Source of the DNA: Haliotis rubra
Taxonomy: Eukaryota
Direction of reading: 5' to 3'
Length of the DNA stretch: 62,645 nt
Assembly (NCBI RefSeq): GCF_003918875.1
Contig: NW_025764978.1
Coordinates: 248,001-310,645, forward strand
The position numbers were made by a program, and so were the translations under genes. Below, in pieces: positions 1 through 12,110 of this stretch; positions within the stretch are counted from its first letter, which is position 1, and every line of letters begins with the position of its first letter. Below the pieces are notes generated by a model. It had not been told where the DNA came from. It searched no databases and worked only from the letters and a program-made list of their open reading frames with translations.

Positions 1-1
1 C

Positions 2-1500
2 GGGCACAATAGAAACACCATTTCTTTTATTCAAAAGAAAGACTCCAAGGCTAGCGTTAGTAATACAACTATTGTACAACTCGGGCACAACAACATTGTA
101 TATATATACTTAGATGACAAACTCCCCACGAACATACTGCTAGGAGACACGGTCGTCGTGTACGTCCCCCCTGGGTGTGACGGCAGGCCCCGAGTGTTTG
201 TCTGCGAACAGATAGGACCTGACAACCAGATCGTCACCCACTGTCGCCACAAGTCGCCACGGATCTATGAACGACAGACATTCGGCAACTTCCGGTCACG
301 ACACTGTCACGTGATCAGATCTGTCCTGCTGCCAGCTGCTTCCGGCTCCAGTAAGAAAGGTAATTGTTGCTATGGACGGAGGGCACTTTGCGTCTGGCAT
401 TGTCAGTTATGTTACACTGTTAGTAAAGTAAAAAAATAAATTAACAAGGCTAACGGCCCAAGTACAGTGTAGATGCAAGTATCATATACGAAGTGGTGGC
501 ACAATAACACGAAATTATGCAGTTAACATCCAATTATAAATATAATAATAAAGAACGTAAGGCGATGACATCTTAGAACTATGTCGCACACAACAGTACC
601 GTATGTGTATAACATAAAACGTTTTGCATGGGTTCCCTGAGTCAAGAACATGACAATAATAAAGATAAAGAAGTTTGTGGTAATGTTCTGAGAGAGTGTA
701 CATTTTGTTTTTAAAAAATGGTATTGGAAAAGTATTTGTGTGTTAAAACATCATACATAGGGCACACTGACATAAAATGTAACTCGTCTTTATAATGTAT
801 TTACTAAAAGGATAACATGTAATGTTTAAAACAATACCCTCCGGCGAGCCAAGATTTTGTTTTCCTACCTTGGAATTCTCAAATTCTTAATAATGATGAG
901 TATTTTGTTCGGTCTTTTTAAAAAAATGTCTAAATACTTTTAGTAAAATTTCAATCATGTCACAATACGTTATCACTGAGTCTGCTACTAGCCGGGCTTG
1001 GTATCATTTGCATTTTAATTACTGTAACAATGTCATGATCATGATACACAATACAATAACAGTAACCGAAGTACAACAACATTACAACATTGAATTAATA
1101 ATGCTATTTAAGTGTCTGTAGTAGTTGTAGTCTAGGGCCCCTGAAAATTCAGAGTAAGAGTCCAAGGGACCCTCAAATACAAGGAATTGATGGGTAGATG
1201 ATTGACCATTGATTTAATCCAGTTTCATCCCACTCACTCACTCTTTCACTCAAGAAGAGTAAAATATATGAACAATTAACCAACTTAATGGACATTGAGT
1301 ATTTTCAAATTGTTTATATACATGTTTCCATCTTGTCAGCTGCGGGCCGTCATAAGCCTTTGACTCCCGGGGACTGCGATGTCGTGACCATCAAGCATGG
1401 TGGCTCTCATCGGACTCGCACAAGAAAAAGAGTGAAACCTCACAGCAGGAAGTACCCGCTTCTTCATCCCATCGGGGTCAAGGACACCAGAAAACTGTGA
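2..1500 (+). CDS. Tandem-RHIM protein, copy A (5'-truncated by window edge); exons <2-359 and 1340-1500
   Basis: Frame 2 is open from base 2 and reads GHNRNTISFIQKKDSKASVSNTTIVQLGHNNIVYIY... Donor AAAG|GTAATT after 359 (phase 1) and acceptor TTGTCAG|CT at 1340 join in frame to AAGRHKPLTPGDCDVVTIKHGG...RKL*. Same exon structure in copies B and C. Confidence 0.7.
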
Positions 1501-1600
1501 ACCCTGTCTGCCTGAGAAGATACATCTCTTGAACGTTTTGGTTTCTCGTATCGATTTACAGATAACATGTTTGAGCGGCATTTTAGAAGTTGTGACGCAC

Positions 1601-1769
1601 AATATAGAACAAAGTTATTATGGATAACAACTTCTTTATTTCAGTGAGTGCGACGTTTCGATACAGATTTTGTACCGTTGTCAAGCAAGACAACGGTACA
1701 AGAATCTGTATCGAAACGTCTCACTCACGAAATAAAGAAGTTGTTATCCATAAAAACATGTTCTATATT
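1601..1769. repeat. ~170-bp near-perfect palindrome downstream of the RHIM gene stop
   Basis: Arms AATATAGAAC...GACGTTTCGATACAGATT.TGTACCGTTGTC and GACAACGGTACAAGAATCTGTATCGAAACGTC...GTTCTATATT are reverse complements around a short loop. Second copy at 55266-55433. Confidence 0.85.
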
Positions 1770-1829
1770 TATTTATAGAGAGATTCTCAGGCAGTTTCGA
1801 AAAGATTACGCCTATTCCTGTTAGGGATA

Positions 1830-2940
1830 CCTTGTAAGCCATATTGGCTCAAGTCTAAGACATTTGTACATTCACTAGGCATAACTTACAATGCTAGTGT
1901 ACTTGTATATTGTACTGTCAGCTTGTATAACATATACACATGTATATTAATTATATACCATGTGATCCTGTAAGTCATATTGGTTCTATCAATGACAGCT
2001 GTAAGTTTATTATACATAAGTTGCAATGGTAGTTTATGTTGCACTGCCAACTTCTATAACATATACACACGTATATTTATTATATACCATGTGCTCCTGT
2101 AAGCCATATTGGTTGCATCAATGTCAGCTGTACGTTTATTATACATAAGTTGCAATGTTAGCATATATATTGTACTATCAGCTTGTATAGCATATACACA
2201 CGTATTTTTATTATATACCATGTGCTCCTGTAAGCCATATTGGTTGTATCAATGTCAGCCGTACATTCACTGTACATAACTTGCAATTTTAGCATCTATA
2301 TATTGTACTATCAGCTTGTATAACAGATACACACGTATTTTTATTATATACCATGTGCTACTGTAAGCCATATTGGTTGTATCAATGACAGCTGTTCGTT
2401 TATTATACATAACTTGCAATGTTAGCATATATATTGTAATGTCAACTTGTATAGCATATACACATGTGCATTTATTATATACCATGTGATCCTGTAAGCC
2501 ATATTGGTTATATCAATGACAGCTATAAGTTTATTATATATAACTTGCAATGGTAGTTTATGTTGCACTGCCAACTTCTATAACATATACACGCGTAGTT
2601 TTATTATATACCATGTGCTCCTGTAAGCCATATTGGTTGTATCAATGACAGCTGTTCGTTTATTATACATAAGTTGCAATGTTGGCATATATATTGTAAT
2701 GTCAACTTGTATAACATATACACATGTATATTTATTACATACCATGTGATCATGTAAGCCAAATTGGCTATATCAATGACAGCTGTAGGTTTGTTATATA
2801 TAACTTGCAATGTTAGCATATATTGTACTATCAGCTTGTATAACATATACACCTGTATTTTTATTATATACCATGTGCTCCTGTAAGCCTAAGGTTATGA
2901 CAGCTGTAAGTTTATTATACATAACTTGCAATGTTAGTAT
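1830..2940. repeat. ~131-bp tandem satellite, ~8 units
   Basis: Unit TACCATGTGCTCCTGTAAGCCATATTGG... recurs at 2087, 2218, 2351, 2482 and onward. Confidence 0.9.
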
Positions 2941-3145
2941 ATGTATTCTATTTCTAGAGGACATACATGAATATCTGGTATATGCTATGTACCCTTGTAG
3001 TCTTATTAATAGTCTTATATACAATCTTATGAAAGACATACAAATTTCTATGCTTAATATTACACCCTACCACTGCAGTGTGTCACATCGGTAAGGCACG
3101 AATCTGGATGTTAACGCGTATCACTGTAATTGATTTCTTAGTGTA

Positions 3146-3494
3146 TAGTCCTAGGCCAAATGTTAGAAAAGTCCCTATCTTTTAGGATCTCTCAGCAGCA
3201 GTAAAAGCGTTATCCAGTAATTGGTATGACAACTCCCACCCTCCAGAGAGATTCTTGTCAATGTGGAACTAGACACAGAATGTATCAGGTTGCTGAAAAC
3301 AAACAAGGTTTACCCTGCTGTTGAAACAGTGTCCACATGTTCATAGACCAACTGCATGAGTATTAACTGCATGGTTTAATGGACGGTGACAAGCACTGGT
3401 GTTCAACATGATCAGGATATGCAGTATGGGTGATAATACCTGGTGTATCATATTACCTGATAATGATGTCATCTCTACATTTGGCCTAGGAGTA
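3146..3494. mobile_element. MITE with TIRs, specific to copy A
   Basis: Termini TAGTCCTAGGCCAAATGT / ACATTTGGCCTAGGAGTA with a 4-bp TSD TGTA. Copies B (~46617) and C (~56878) show the empty site AGTGTATAGCTG. Confidence 0.8.
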
Positions 3495-3697
3495 TGTATA
3501 GCTGAGACACACAGAGATGTGGTATGTTATCATTCTGGTTGTACCCATCCTTTTTATGTTGTTCTTTTTTTTATTGTCTGAACACAGTTTTGAGTAATGT
3601 GCTTGTGTACATGAATAAAATGTCTAATGAATCTATATCATTGTTATTCTTGTATTTATAACTATCTGTATTGAGACATATAGGTTCAAGTCTTTTC

Positions 3698-3868
3698 GGG
3701 ATGGTGGGATAGCCTAGTGGTTAAAGCGTTCGCTCATCACGCCGAAGACCCGGTTTCGATTCCCCACATGGGCACAATGTGTGAAGCCCATTTCTGGTGT
3801 CCCCCGCCGTGATATTGCTGGAATATTGCTAAAAGCGGCGTAAAACCCAACTCACTCACTCACTCACT
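3698..3868 (+). mobile_element. tRNA-derived SINE with (ACTC)n tail
   Basis: A-box TAGCCTAGTGG, B-box-like GGTTTCGATTCCC, (ACTC)n tail, TSD TCAAGTC(T/C)TTTC. Empty site in copy B (~46801). Confidence 0.85.
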
Positions 3869-4124
3869 CAAGTCCTTTCAAACAATACATCTAGAAATTG
3901 TACCTATATTGCAAACACATAGTAGATTTCAGTCGTATTTGTACACTTTGGATATATATATAACTAACAAAGCGCTAAAACCTTTGTATCTAATCGATAT
4001 ATCATTGGAGTAAAATCACACATGGTGCAAGTTGGTAAGTACTCATGGTTCGATAAGAACGATTGTCTGAAGTATCCAAGATCACTCCATCATAGCTGCA
4101 TTAGACACTGAGATCAGGGTAACG

Positions 4125-4385
4125 ATTTGGTTGGTTGGTCGGTTTGTTGTTTAACTCCCAACTCAGCAATATTCAAAGTATGTGGAGGCTGTCTGTAAAT
4201 AATCAACTCTGGACTAGGCAATCCAGTGATCAACATCATGAGCATCGATCTACGCAATTGGGATACGATGACATGTGTCAGCGAGTTTGCGAGTCTGACC
4301 CGCTCCCGATCCCGTTAGTCGCCTCTCACGACAAGCATGGGTTACTGCAGACCAATTCTCACCCGGATCTTCACGACTTCGGGTA
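4125..4385 (-). mobile_element. Second SINE-like family (CGTGAAGATCCGGG...TGTCGT(A/G)AGAGGCGAC...(AACC)n)
   Basis: Dispersed ~250-bp repeat, also at ~17205-17425(+), 19040-19215, 19345-19586, 47057-47308 and 57490-57750, with a simple-repeat 3' tail. Confidence 0.7.
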
Positions 4386-5421
4386 ATGAATAATCCTCAA
4401 GAATGAACACGAAGGGAATATCGATAAACATCAGAGCATGTACTATATAAGAACCATTATTTGATGCCATCTGGAACAAAAATAATAATGGTATTTTTTC
4501 AATTAATCGCAAATTAATCATCCAACCTTAACTGTTAGAAACTGTTTTAACAAAGTCACCACCAACTGAAAACAACCAAGCAAACGTGTTGCATGATTGA
4601 AAGCAGAAGAATTGCAAGCGAGCGTGGCGAGAACATTCCGTGTGTGTAAACTCTAGTAAGTGAACCTGTCGCATGGTACGTCATGTGACCGGTCCAAATC
4701 AGACCGATCCTGCGTCACAACGTCATACTGCAGCAATCCTATCTCCATCGTGGCTTCACAGCTGAATCATCGACTACAGCAGATTCTGGGATTGCCAAAG
4801 ACATCAAACCAGACATTGGTGAACCACCTTGGAGAGGTTGGGGTCAGAGCCAGACCTGCTGTAACACGTGTACCAATGTTCACTGTACATCTTTACACCA
4901 TGTGGCTCTTTTCAGTAGAACTTTGTCAACTGGCTGTTTTGAGAACGTAATGACGAGGATTGTGTTTCTTTCAGTTTTATTCAGTTTGATCTTCAAAGGG
5001 TTTGTAATTGTAACTTTTACACGAACGTCCTGTAAATAACAATGATGCATGTTATGTTCCATACATTTCAGGCTCAACAAATATTTTTAAAATATTAAAT
5101 GGTAAATTTCATACAATTATGTCTTGTAGTGCCTTGTGTTAGTTGTGTTTCATGGTTTGCTATATTCAATAATATTTCAATTACCACCGAGGCTAATTTA
5201 CAGCATCCTCGATAATGTCCAGGATATACGTTCCGATAAATCTCCACTACTAGAACGCCTACCCAGGAGATTATCGAGGAGGAATGTATAGAAGTGTACC
5301 CTAACTGAACCCACCACGAATCATAATCAGTTCCAATCTGGGACTCGAGCCCATGACAAGTGGCCTAAGTTTAAGCCCATTTATTCGAGTTTGACTCAAC
5401 AAGCCACCTATCCTCATCGCA

Positions 5422-6475
5422 CTATTTAATCGGTGGTGTAACAATAAATGTTATTGTGTCAATGTGTTCTTTCTTCAAAGACTCCATGGTGTCGGTCGGT
5501 TCCACCTGGCCTTTCTTAGCCTGACTGCAGCACACCACACTTCCAAATATAATCAGTCCAAGGAGCACCGTGCTCCCGAACCCGCCAACCGCCACCAGGA
5601 ACCCGCTGCCTAGACCGTCAGCTGACTCCACCGGAGTTGCAGTTGTAGTCGTTGACGTAGTTGGGTCGGAGATGGAGACACTTGAAGCTGAGATTATGGT
5701 CCCGTCGGGTTTCATCCAGGTCACATTCGGAAACAGATCACCCTTAATTTGACATGAAATGTGTAGCAGATCTCCCTGTTTCGGGTATAGAGATCCCCGC
5801 ACTTTAGAATTTTGGGGGGAATACAAGTGAAGTCCTTATCTTCTGCATGGTAAATCGTATGGTATTTCAGTACACTTGGAGCAGCGCATGCCGGAACATT
5901 GCCCGAGTACACGTAGTACATCACGCTCTAGTTGAGGTTCTTCAGCCACTGAATGTCGCATGTGCATCTCCAGGGGTTGTCTGAAAGATGGATGATCTGC
6001 AGCTTCTGGAAGATCAGCTCGAACGAATCTGGAATAGTTGCTAATTTATTGTCGGACAGGTCTAGAGTCATAAGGCTTGTCAAATGTTGAAATAATTGCA
6101 CAGATACCTTTTCAAAATTGTTTCCATGCAGATCAAGGTTTCTGAGATTTGTCAACCCAGTGAACATGGCACTGGAAGCACGTCCAAGGTTAGGGTCACC
6201 AAAAAATAGATCATGCAGGTTCTTCAAGGATGCAAATGCGTCATCGGCGATCTTACATCCCGTGTTTCCAGTCAGATCCACGAAGACAACATCATTTAAG
6301 CCATGGAAGATGCCAGTGTTTATCTGGGAGATCGTATTATGTTTCAGGGCAATGCGTTTTAGTTTAGTCAATCCTTGGAACAAGTCATAGTCCAACTTTG
6401 TCACCTCACTGTAAGTAACGTAGAAATCTTCAAGATTCGAGAACGCTGACAAAGCTGAGTGTTTCAATGTTGATA
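5422..6475 (-). pseudogene. LRR-LRRCT-Ig-TM receptor pseudogene, copy A
   Basis: LRRs (LTNLRNLDLHGNNF, LMTLDLSDNKL), LRRCT NPWRCTCDIQWL, Ig start (ISCQIKGDLFPNVTW), TM (FLVAVGGFGSTVLLGLIIFGSVV). Lesions: signal peptide and LRRNT missing, in-frame TAG at 5928-5930, 1-bp deletion near 5783, C-terminal half of Ig deleted. Confidence 0.85.
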
Positions 6476-7446
6476 CATGTCGGTGTTGAAAATGGGGTCT
6501 TTGTTATTGTAACGATTTTCGTGTCTCGAACCTGCATAAATAACGTTTGCGTACACGGAAAGATTTACGAAAACTGTCGATGTTTACCGAAGAGAGGCCA
6601 GACATTTATTCAAAGCAGAGGGTAGTGCTAATGCGAGGGTCAGTGTTCAAATATCAAAAGCGGGTAGACAAATTGAATACAATGAGCAGAAAGGTAAAAG
6701 AATAACCTACAAGCTCAAAACAATGTTTTGTGAAAAACGTAAGTTTTGATTGCACCGCACGTTAAAATAGTCGGGCTGTCCGGTTTTCGATAAGGCTTTG
6801 AGCATCGCGAGTGTCATCCTTTGAGTATTGTATGTAATGAGTGTAGCGGTAGAATTTTCTTAAAAATTCATTTCTTCACAGATCTCGTTCAAATTTGAAA
6901 TATAGGTTATTTATAACATAAAAAAGAACAATATACGATTGCAAAAGTCTAGATTTTTATTTGTATTGTCCAAACAGTGATTCGAACTCCTGTGGTTATA
7001 TAATGCATACTATAATCAATATTTTAACAAAGCGCGACACGCGACAATGCGACAAAGCGACATTTCATCAAAATGTTGCGTTGTCGCATTGGCGTGTCGT
7101 GTTTTATTAGTTACCGCGGAATTTCAAAATTATTACAAGGATGATTATGTTTAGATGTTTTTAAAGGGCTAAGATACACAGGGATCGAACTCAGAGTAAT
7201 AATAAATGTGGCCGTGTGGTTAAGAGATCTTGGTTAATGGAATGGATGTGTTGAAACTGGCCATTTTGCTGAAAATTATTTTGATTGAGTAGGTGTATGT
7301 TTGAAACGATACAAATGCATGTGTATCACTTGGTATATTATTATTATTATAAATAATATAGGATTCACATAGAATTCAAAAACAGACATCACAACACATT
7401 ATTGTAATGAAATATCTTGCTAATTTACCAAGTTCCCTAAACCTTG

Positions 7447-7993
7447 AGTGAGTGAGTGAGTGAGGAGTGAAAGTGGAGTGGAGTGGAGTGGAGCGGAGAG
7501 GAGAGGAGAGGAGTGGAGTGGAGTGGAGTGGAGAGGAGAGGAGCGGAGAGGAGAGGTGCGGTGCGGAGAGGAGAGNNNNNNNNNNNNNNNNNNNNNNNNN
7601 NNNNNNNNNNNNNNNNNNNNNNNNNNNNNNNNNNNNNNNNNNNNNNNNNNNNNNNNNNNNNNNNNNNNNNNNNNNNNNNNNNNNNNNNNNNNNNNNNNNN
7701 NNNNNNNNNNNNNNNNNAGCGGAGAGGAGATGAGAGGAGAGGAGCGGAGAGGAGAGAGAGAGAGTGGAGCGGAGAAGAGCGGGGTGGAGAGGAGTGNNNN
7801 NNNNNNNNNNNNNNNNNNNNNNNNNNNNNNNNNNNNNNNNNNNNNNNNNNNNNNNNNNNNNNNNNNNNNNNNNNNNNNNNNNNNNNNNNNNNNNNNNNNN
7901 NNNNNNNNNNNNNNNNNNNNNNNNNNNNNNNNNNNNNNNNNNNNNNNNNNGCGGGGTGGAGAAGAGCAGAGCGGGGCGGAGTGAGAGAGGGAG
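7447..7993. repeat. (GGAGA/GGAGT)n polypurine microsatellite containing two N-gaps
   Basis: Read directly. The homologous tract at ~60810-61385 has no gaps but is noisy. Confidence 0.95.
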
Positions 7994-8699
7994 GGTTGGT
8001 TTCTGCCACTCCAAGGGTACGCAACTCTGCTAAGCGATTTCATCGTTTCTAATACCATAATGATAATAGTCCATTTGTATGGCGTTTTCCCAAGTAGAAT
8101 ATCACGTTCAAAGCCGACCTAAACTGTCTTTGAGGTGCTGGATGGTTAAGTGATATTACCATCTCATTCTACCTGGTATCCATCCACTGCTGGTTGAACA
8201 GAGGCAGATGTCGGACAAATTCATCAGCGTCGGACAGGACTGTACCATGAAACTCTGTCAGGAGCCACACTGTCGAACATAGTGACCCATTGGAGGACTT
8301 CACCTGATGTTTATGCCCATGTGGCCTGAATTTTAACAATATTTGAGTTTTTTCACAACCTGTGAGCTTGATATAAGAGAAATGTTCAAAGTGATGAATA
8401 TGTATGGTGCTGGGACTCGAACCTATGATCATAGTTATCTAGTGTGACTAAGAGACACAACCCTGCATAGCAAATTGCCTCGCCTTGAATGACAGGGCCA
8501 CCGTGTGCCGTGATTACAATGAATAGTAGCGCTAATAATTTGTCTGGCTGCTAAAACACACTTGATTGGCTAAACACAGTTACAATATATAAAATAATGA
8601 AGCAACAATGAAAGATTTCCATTAAGTTCAAGAAAAGCAGCCCCATTGCCATTACGAGCACTACTACATTGTAAAAACCATTAGAGGTAACAAAAGGCC

Positions 8700-9241
8700 A
8701 GTCTAGTCTCAAATAGAGTATAACATTGTCTGCGCATGCGTAGACTAATTGACTTTCTACACATGCACACCGGTAATCGAAAAGGGCGAAAACGCGACAC
8801 GCGACAATGCGACAAATATGTCGCATTGCCGCGTCTTAGTCATATGTTATAATACATACTATACTCAATATTTTAACAAAGCGCGACACGCGACAATGCG
8901 ACAACGCGACATTTCATCAAAATGTTGCGTTGTCGCATTGTCGCGTGTCGCGTTTTAGTAAATTTTTAGGCTGTTTATACACATCTTACATAGGGCGATG
9001 CGCGACAACGCGACATATTTTGACCTTGAAAGTTGTCGCTATGTCGCGTGTCGCCCTTTGGAGGAATGAAAAAATATATTATTCAAAACGCGACACGCGA
9101 CATCGCGACAATGCGACAAATGGGCGAAATGTCGCGTTGTTGCGATGTCACATGTCGCGTTTTGTTTAATTTTGCTTGTATTTGAGAGGGCGACAACGCG
9201 ACAATGCGACAACGCGACAATGTCCCTTCCAGGATTCCATA
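8700..9241. mobile_element. Non-autonomous DNA element with clustered, inverted (A/G)CGCGACA motifs
   Basis: Many CGCGACA/TGTCGCG motifs in both orientations, ending in TCCAGGATTCCATA. The copy at ~62105-62645 begins GAAATCCTGGAA, consistent with a TIR. Fragment at ~7010-7100. Confidence 0.55.
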
Positions 9242-9442
9242 CGGAATCGCAAAAGCACTAGCTTCAACTTGTTATGTACTATGTCCAGATGTACAAAGCA
9301 CACGAAAAAAGACAATATAAATCGTTTGTTTTACAGCTCAAAGAATGACAGTTTGAGCGGTGCGCTGTCATAGCTGACACTGCTAAATATATTGCAAGGA
9401 ATATTTCTTTAAAAAATGTCTTCATCGGGTTCTTATGTTGTA

Positions 9443-11636
9443 ATACCCCCATTTCACTGGGCTGCGATCGGTCCGATTGCATTTGTAAAAAAAATCGCCA
9501 GCGATTGCATAATGTCGGAAATATACCTGGAGTAGTCGGCAGAGATAAGCAAGATACGTGAGTGTGTCTGCATAGTAAGCGTGAACGAGTTCTACCATTA
9601 TTGAGAGGCAGAAACGGCCACGTGTCATCCTCGTAATGCCAGGCTTCACACCCGATCAACCACGATTAACGCCTAATACATCTCCAACATGGAACCGAAA
9701 AGCTAATTGCCTAACAAAGCAGAGCTGTCAAAAGCCACGAATCAGCACGATTCCTCCCAAATAAGACAAGGTCCACTTACATAATGTTCAGGCTATACTC
9801 ACGATTTGCACGATTCACATCAGACTGACAGAAAAAGTATATAAGCACAGACGATCGAAGTCAACATCACTCCAATTGCAACTGCTGTAATGAAAACATT
9901 GGAACATGGCAAGAACAAAGAGAACAGCCAACAGGAAGAGGGTTAGATCACCCACCCCACCACCCTGTTGCAAAGTGTTGAGAAGACATTGCCATCGATT
10001 TGCAAGAATACCAAAGGCATTCTCAACGACTCTCCTAGTCTGTCTCACAGTCCCTGAACCACATTATTTCCCCTACTGCCAAGCCCTCTCTGCTGTGCTA
10101 AAGCCCTAAATACAGCAAGTCTAGATTTCCTCAGTCTCCCTAGGACTCCTTTTCAATATAAATGGGCTTGTTTGTTACTATCAAAATTATATATATTCAG
10201 AGATTAAGCCTTAGTCTACGACTCTCCTTGCACTGGAGATCCTGTAGTTGGCAATCAGTTCAGCTTCTGACAGACCTCTTCTTGAGTAGGGTTTCATTTG
10301 ACGAAGGGCAAATGCATCATCTGCAAGTATGAAGTAAGGCATATCCAGATCACTATTTGGCAATGGTTCAGGTTTGGGCAAGCATATGTTGTCATTTTCT
10401 TTACACTCCTTCGACTCTGCGGCATTGAAGATTTGTGCATCTGACATATGACCCAGGCCTCCGACGTCCACCCACAGAAATCTGTAATTAGCATCTACAA
10501 GGGCCAACAGGACAATGGAGAAGAAACCCTTGTAGTTGTGGTAGAGGCTTCCACTACCATGTGGCTTACGAATCGCGATGTGTTTTCCATCGAGGGCAGC
10601 AACAGCATGAGCGAGATTCCTTCTCAGCTCGAATTCCAGAGAGATGATCTTCCAATCCCCTTGAGTGACAGGACATGCAATCACTGTATCCTTGTAGTGG
10701 TCTACGATGGCTTGGCATACCTTTAGGAGAAAGATGGCTTTGGGATGTCTTGACACTCTGAGTGGGAGGGGTGCTTGTCTCCAGAGGCTAGGTGTCTTAT
10801 GGTAACTGCTAACTGCTAACAGACAAGGGTGCAGAGCTAACCTGAAGTTGGTGTCTTTCCAGGTAAGTCTAGGAGACAGCGAATTAAGCAGTTCATCAAA
10901 CATAGCAGGAGGCATTTGCAGATAGTTTAAGAAAGAAGACGTGTCTTCGAATCTGAGTTCAGATAGGAGATTGTCATAGTTTCATAAGTGAAATCTTCTT
11001 TCCAACCACGGACGTACCCAAAACCGTTTCTGTTTTCTTCTTCTTCTTGGTGTCTGGTTTCTTCTGTATTGATAGATATCTATCTCGAGTCCCATACGTT
11101 GTTGCAGCAGAAGAAGTAGTTGTGCAGCTGTGAGCAGGTTGCTAGATAATTAGAATCAGCTGTAATCGTCAGCTTTTATAGCCCAGAATCGGGTCCATTT
11201 TGTGGTTTGGAGGCCGATTTTATGTCTTCCTAGGCAATTATGTACGTACTTTACTCGGCGTCGATCGGTAATCTTCGCGTGTTATCGGCAATTACAGCAA
11301 TGAGTCTTCGATATTGTAAGCTTAACATCACTGTGTCGGTGAGCATCGTGAGGAATAGGGAGTGAATCGTAGATATATCGCCGCAGAAACGTGATTTAAA
11401 CGTAGCCAATCGGCCAACACTGGGTGAAACAGTATCAACAATGGGTGCTCAATCGCAGTGTTATCGGCGTTTATACACGTAAGTTCACAGTCCATTACGT
11501 AGGTTTACCGTAGATACTGCATAGAAAAGGAAAATATATACAAAACTGGCCGATTTAGAACGATAACATCGTAGGTGACGAATCGGCACTAGTCGGGGTA
11601 GTCTTGATAGGTCGTAGCCCAGTGAAATGGGGGCAT
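9443..11636 (-). mobile_element. PIF/Harbinger-superfamily transposon with degenerate HARBI1-like DDE nuclease
   Basis: TIRs ATACCCCCATTTCACTGGGCTGCGA / TCGTAGCCCAGTGAAATGGGGGCAT flanked by TA. ORF 10211-10915 has ALDGKHIAI, YHNYKGFFSIVLLALVDANYRFLWVDVG and ADDAFAL. The C-terminal RRVVENAFGILANRW is split off (~9960-10045). Stops and frameshifts upstream. Confidence 0.9.
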
Positions 11637-11659
11637 TATATATATAAATGTCGCTTCTG

Positions 11660-11765
11660 GGTCCCGATCCACAAAACATTCGTAGCGCTATGACATTCGT
11701 AAGCCTATGATAAACTATAGATTACGACCTGTCGTAACTTTACGAACGCTCTGTGAATCGGGACC
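11660..11765. mobile_element. Short Tourist/Harbinger-like MITE
   Basis: TIR GGTCCCGATCCACA / TGTGAATCGGGACC with a 3-bp CTG duplication. Confidence 0.6.
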
Positions 11766-11972
11766 CTGATCTAGTCAGTGATAACCAGAATGCTATTCAA
11801 ACACCTGTCTGCGTCGTCTCAAAAGATTCTACCTATACCCCGCCATCATTCGGAGGGAGGGGAATAACCCAAGAACTGACAAATTTGGAGTGCATTATTA
11901 ATGTAAAAATCGGTTGACAAGCACAAAATTACAGAAGTCCGGACAAATACGGGTAGTCGGACATATATGTGG

Positions 11973-12110
11973 CAGGGGCGGATACAGCATTTCGAGAAAG
12001 GTGGGGTGCACAGTTCAGTTTCATCGTTTTCACGAGAGAGTTTCAATGGTCATATCAACTTTCAGGACAAAAGAGGGGAGCACCCCCAACCCCCTCTGCA
12101 TCCGCCTATA
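11973..12110. mobile_element. hAT-like MITE
   Basis: CAGGGGCGGAT...ATCCGCCTAT termini with a near-perfect 8-bp flanking duplication ATATGTGG/ATATGTGT. Confidence 0.55.

Noticed and set aside
360-439. Cys-rich C-terminus (CCYGRRALCVWHCQLC) of the ORF-track RHIM proteins as a zinc finger
   Set aside because: It lies after a conserved GT donor and is best read as intron read-through. Intron retention is not excluded.
1830-2940. CRISPR array or coding repeat
   Set aside because: Contiguous tandem units with no unique spacers, eukaryotic context and no cas genes. The short ORFs are by-products. The same applies to the 59-, 81- and 39-bp arrays.
3698-3775. tRNA gene (also at 41110, 50744, 57079)
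   Set aside because: The tRNA-like head continues into a conserved body and (ACTC)n tail with a TSD, so these are SINEs.
4023-4040. Further RHIM-like MVQVG
   Set aside because: No following Asn residues and no ORF. Copies B and C read CAAGTTAGT, losing the Gly.
7376-8058. Long ORFs in several frames (also 60573-61504 and 12115-12489)
   Set aside because: Artefacts of a stop-free GGAGA microsatellite and N-gaps.
10211-10915. Domesticated HARBI1 gene
   Set aside because: Lies between TIRs and has stops, frameshifts and an interrupted C-terminus, so it is a decayed transposon.
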